Of a stretch of 64,000 bases of DNA, positions 63,905-64,000 are shown piece by piece. How positions within the stretch are numbered: position 1 is the first letter of the stretch; each line of letters begins with the position of its first letter. Both the position numbers and the translations under genes were made by a program. The stretch lies in the NCBI RefSeq assembly GCF_035594765.1, contig NC_085842.1:91302782-91366781 (forward strand), written 5' to 3'. A model generated the notes under the pieces. That model saw nothing but the letters and a program-made list of their open reading frames with translations, was not told where the DNA came from and made no database searches. This DNA is from Anolis carolinensis (Eukaryota).

Positions 63905-64000
63905 ACCTCAATACAAAGATCCACCCAGCGGAAAGGTATTCTTACCATACATCAAGGAAACCACTGACCACATAGGCAAACTGATGAAGAAGCACAACCT
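63905..64000 (+). mobile_element. Penelope-like element ORF fragment running off the window
   Basis: Translates DPPSGKVFLPYIKETTDHIGKLMKKHN; LPY motif of the PLE linker between RT and GIY-YIG. Confidence 0.75.

Overview
This is vertebrate genomic DNA, most likely a squamate reptile (Anolis-like). The basis is three Sauria SINEs plus a repeat set of R4/Dong, CR1, L2, L1/Tx1, Penelope, Helitron and many hAT, Tc1 and Harbinger non-autonomous elements. There are three assembly gaps. I recognise no intact host protein-coding exon: every ORF with an identifiable protein is a truncated retrotransposon fragment, and the other long ORFs are repeat artefacts. One CpG-island promoter with a candidate first exon lies at ~21.8-22.3 kb. 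The most unusual structures are: (1) composite hAT elements with 8-bp TSDs that carry cargo (a nested Helitron, a mariner-type MITE, Penelope/CR1/L1 pieces, a 93-bp CR1-derived tandem repeat, and an array of ~90-bp GC-rich hairpins); (2) a palindromic Penelope remnant with two decayed hammerhead ribozyme motifs; (3) two Dong elements and a SINE stacked at one target site; (4) a Gypsy-type LTR with a duplicated PBS-like motif. All family names come from pattern recognition, not database searches. I see no convincing wholly new biological system; the cargo-carrying hATs are the best candidates.
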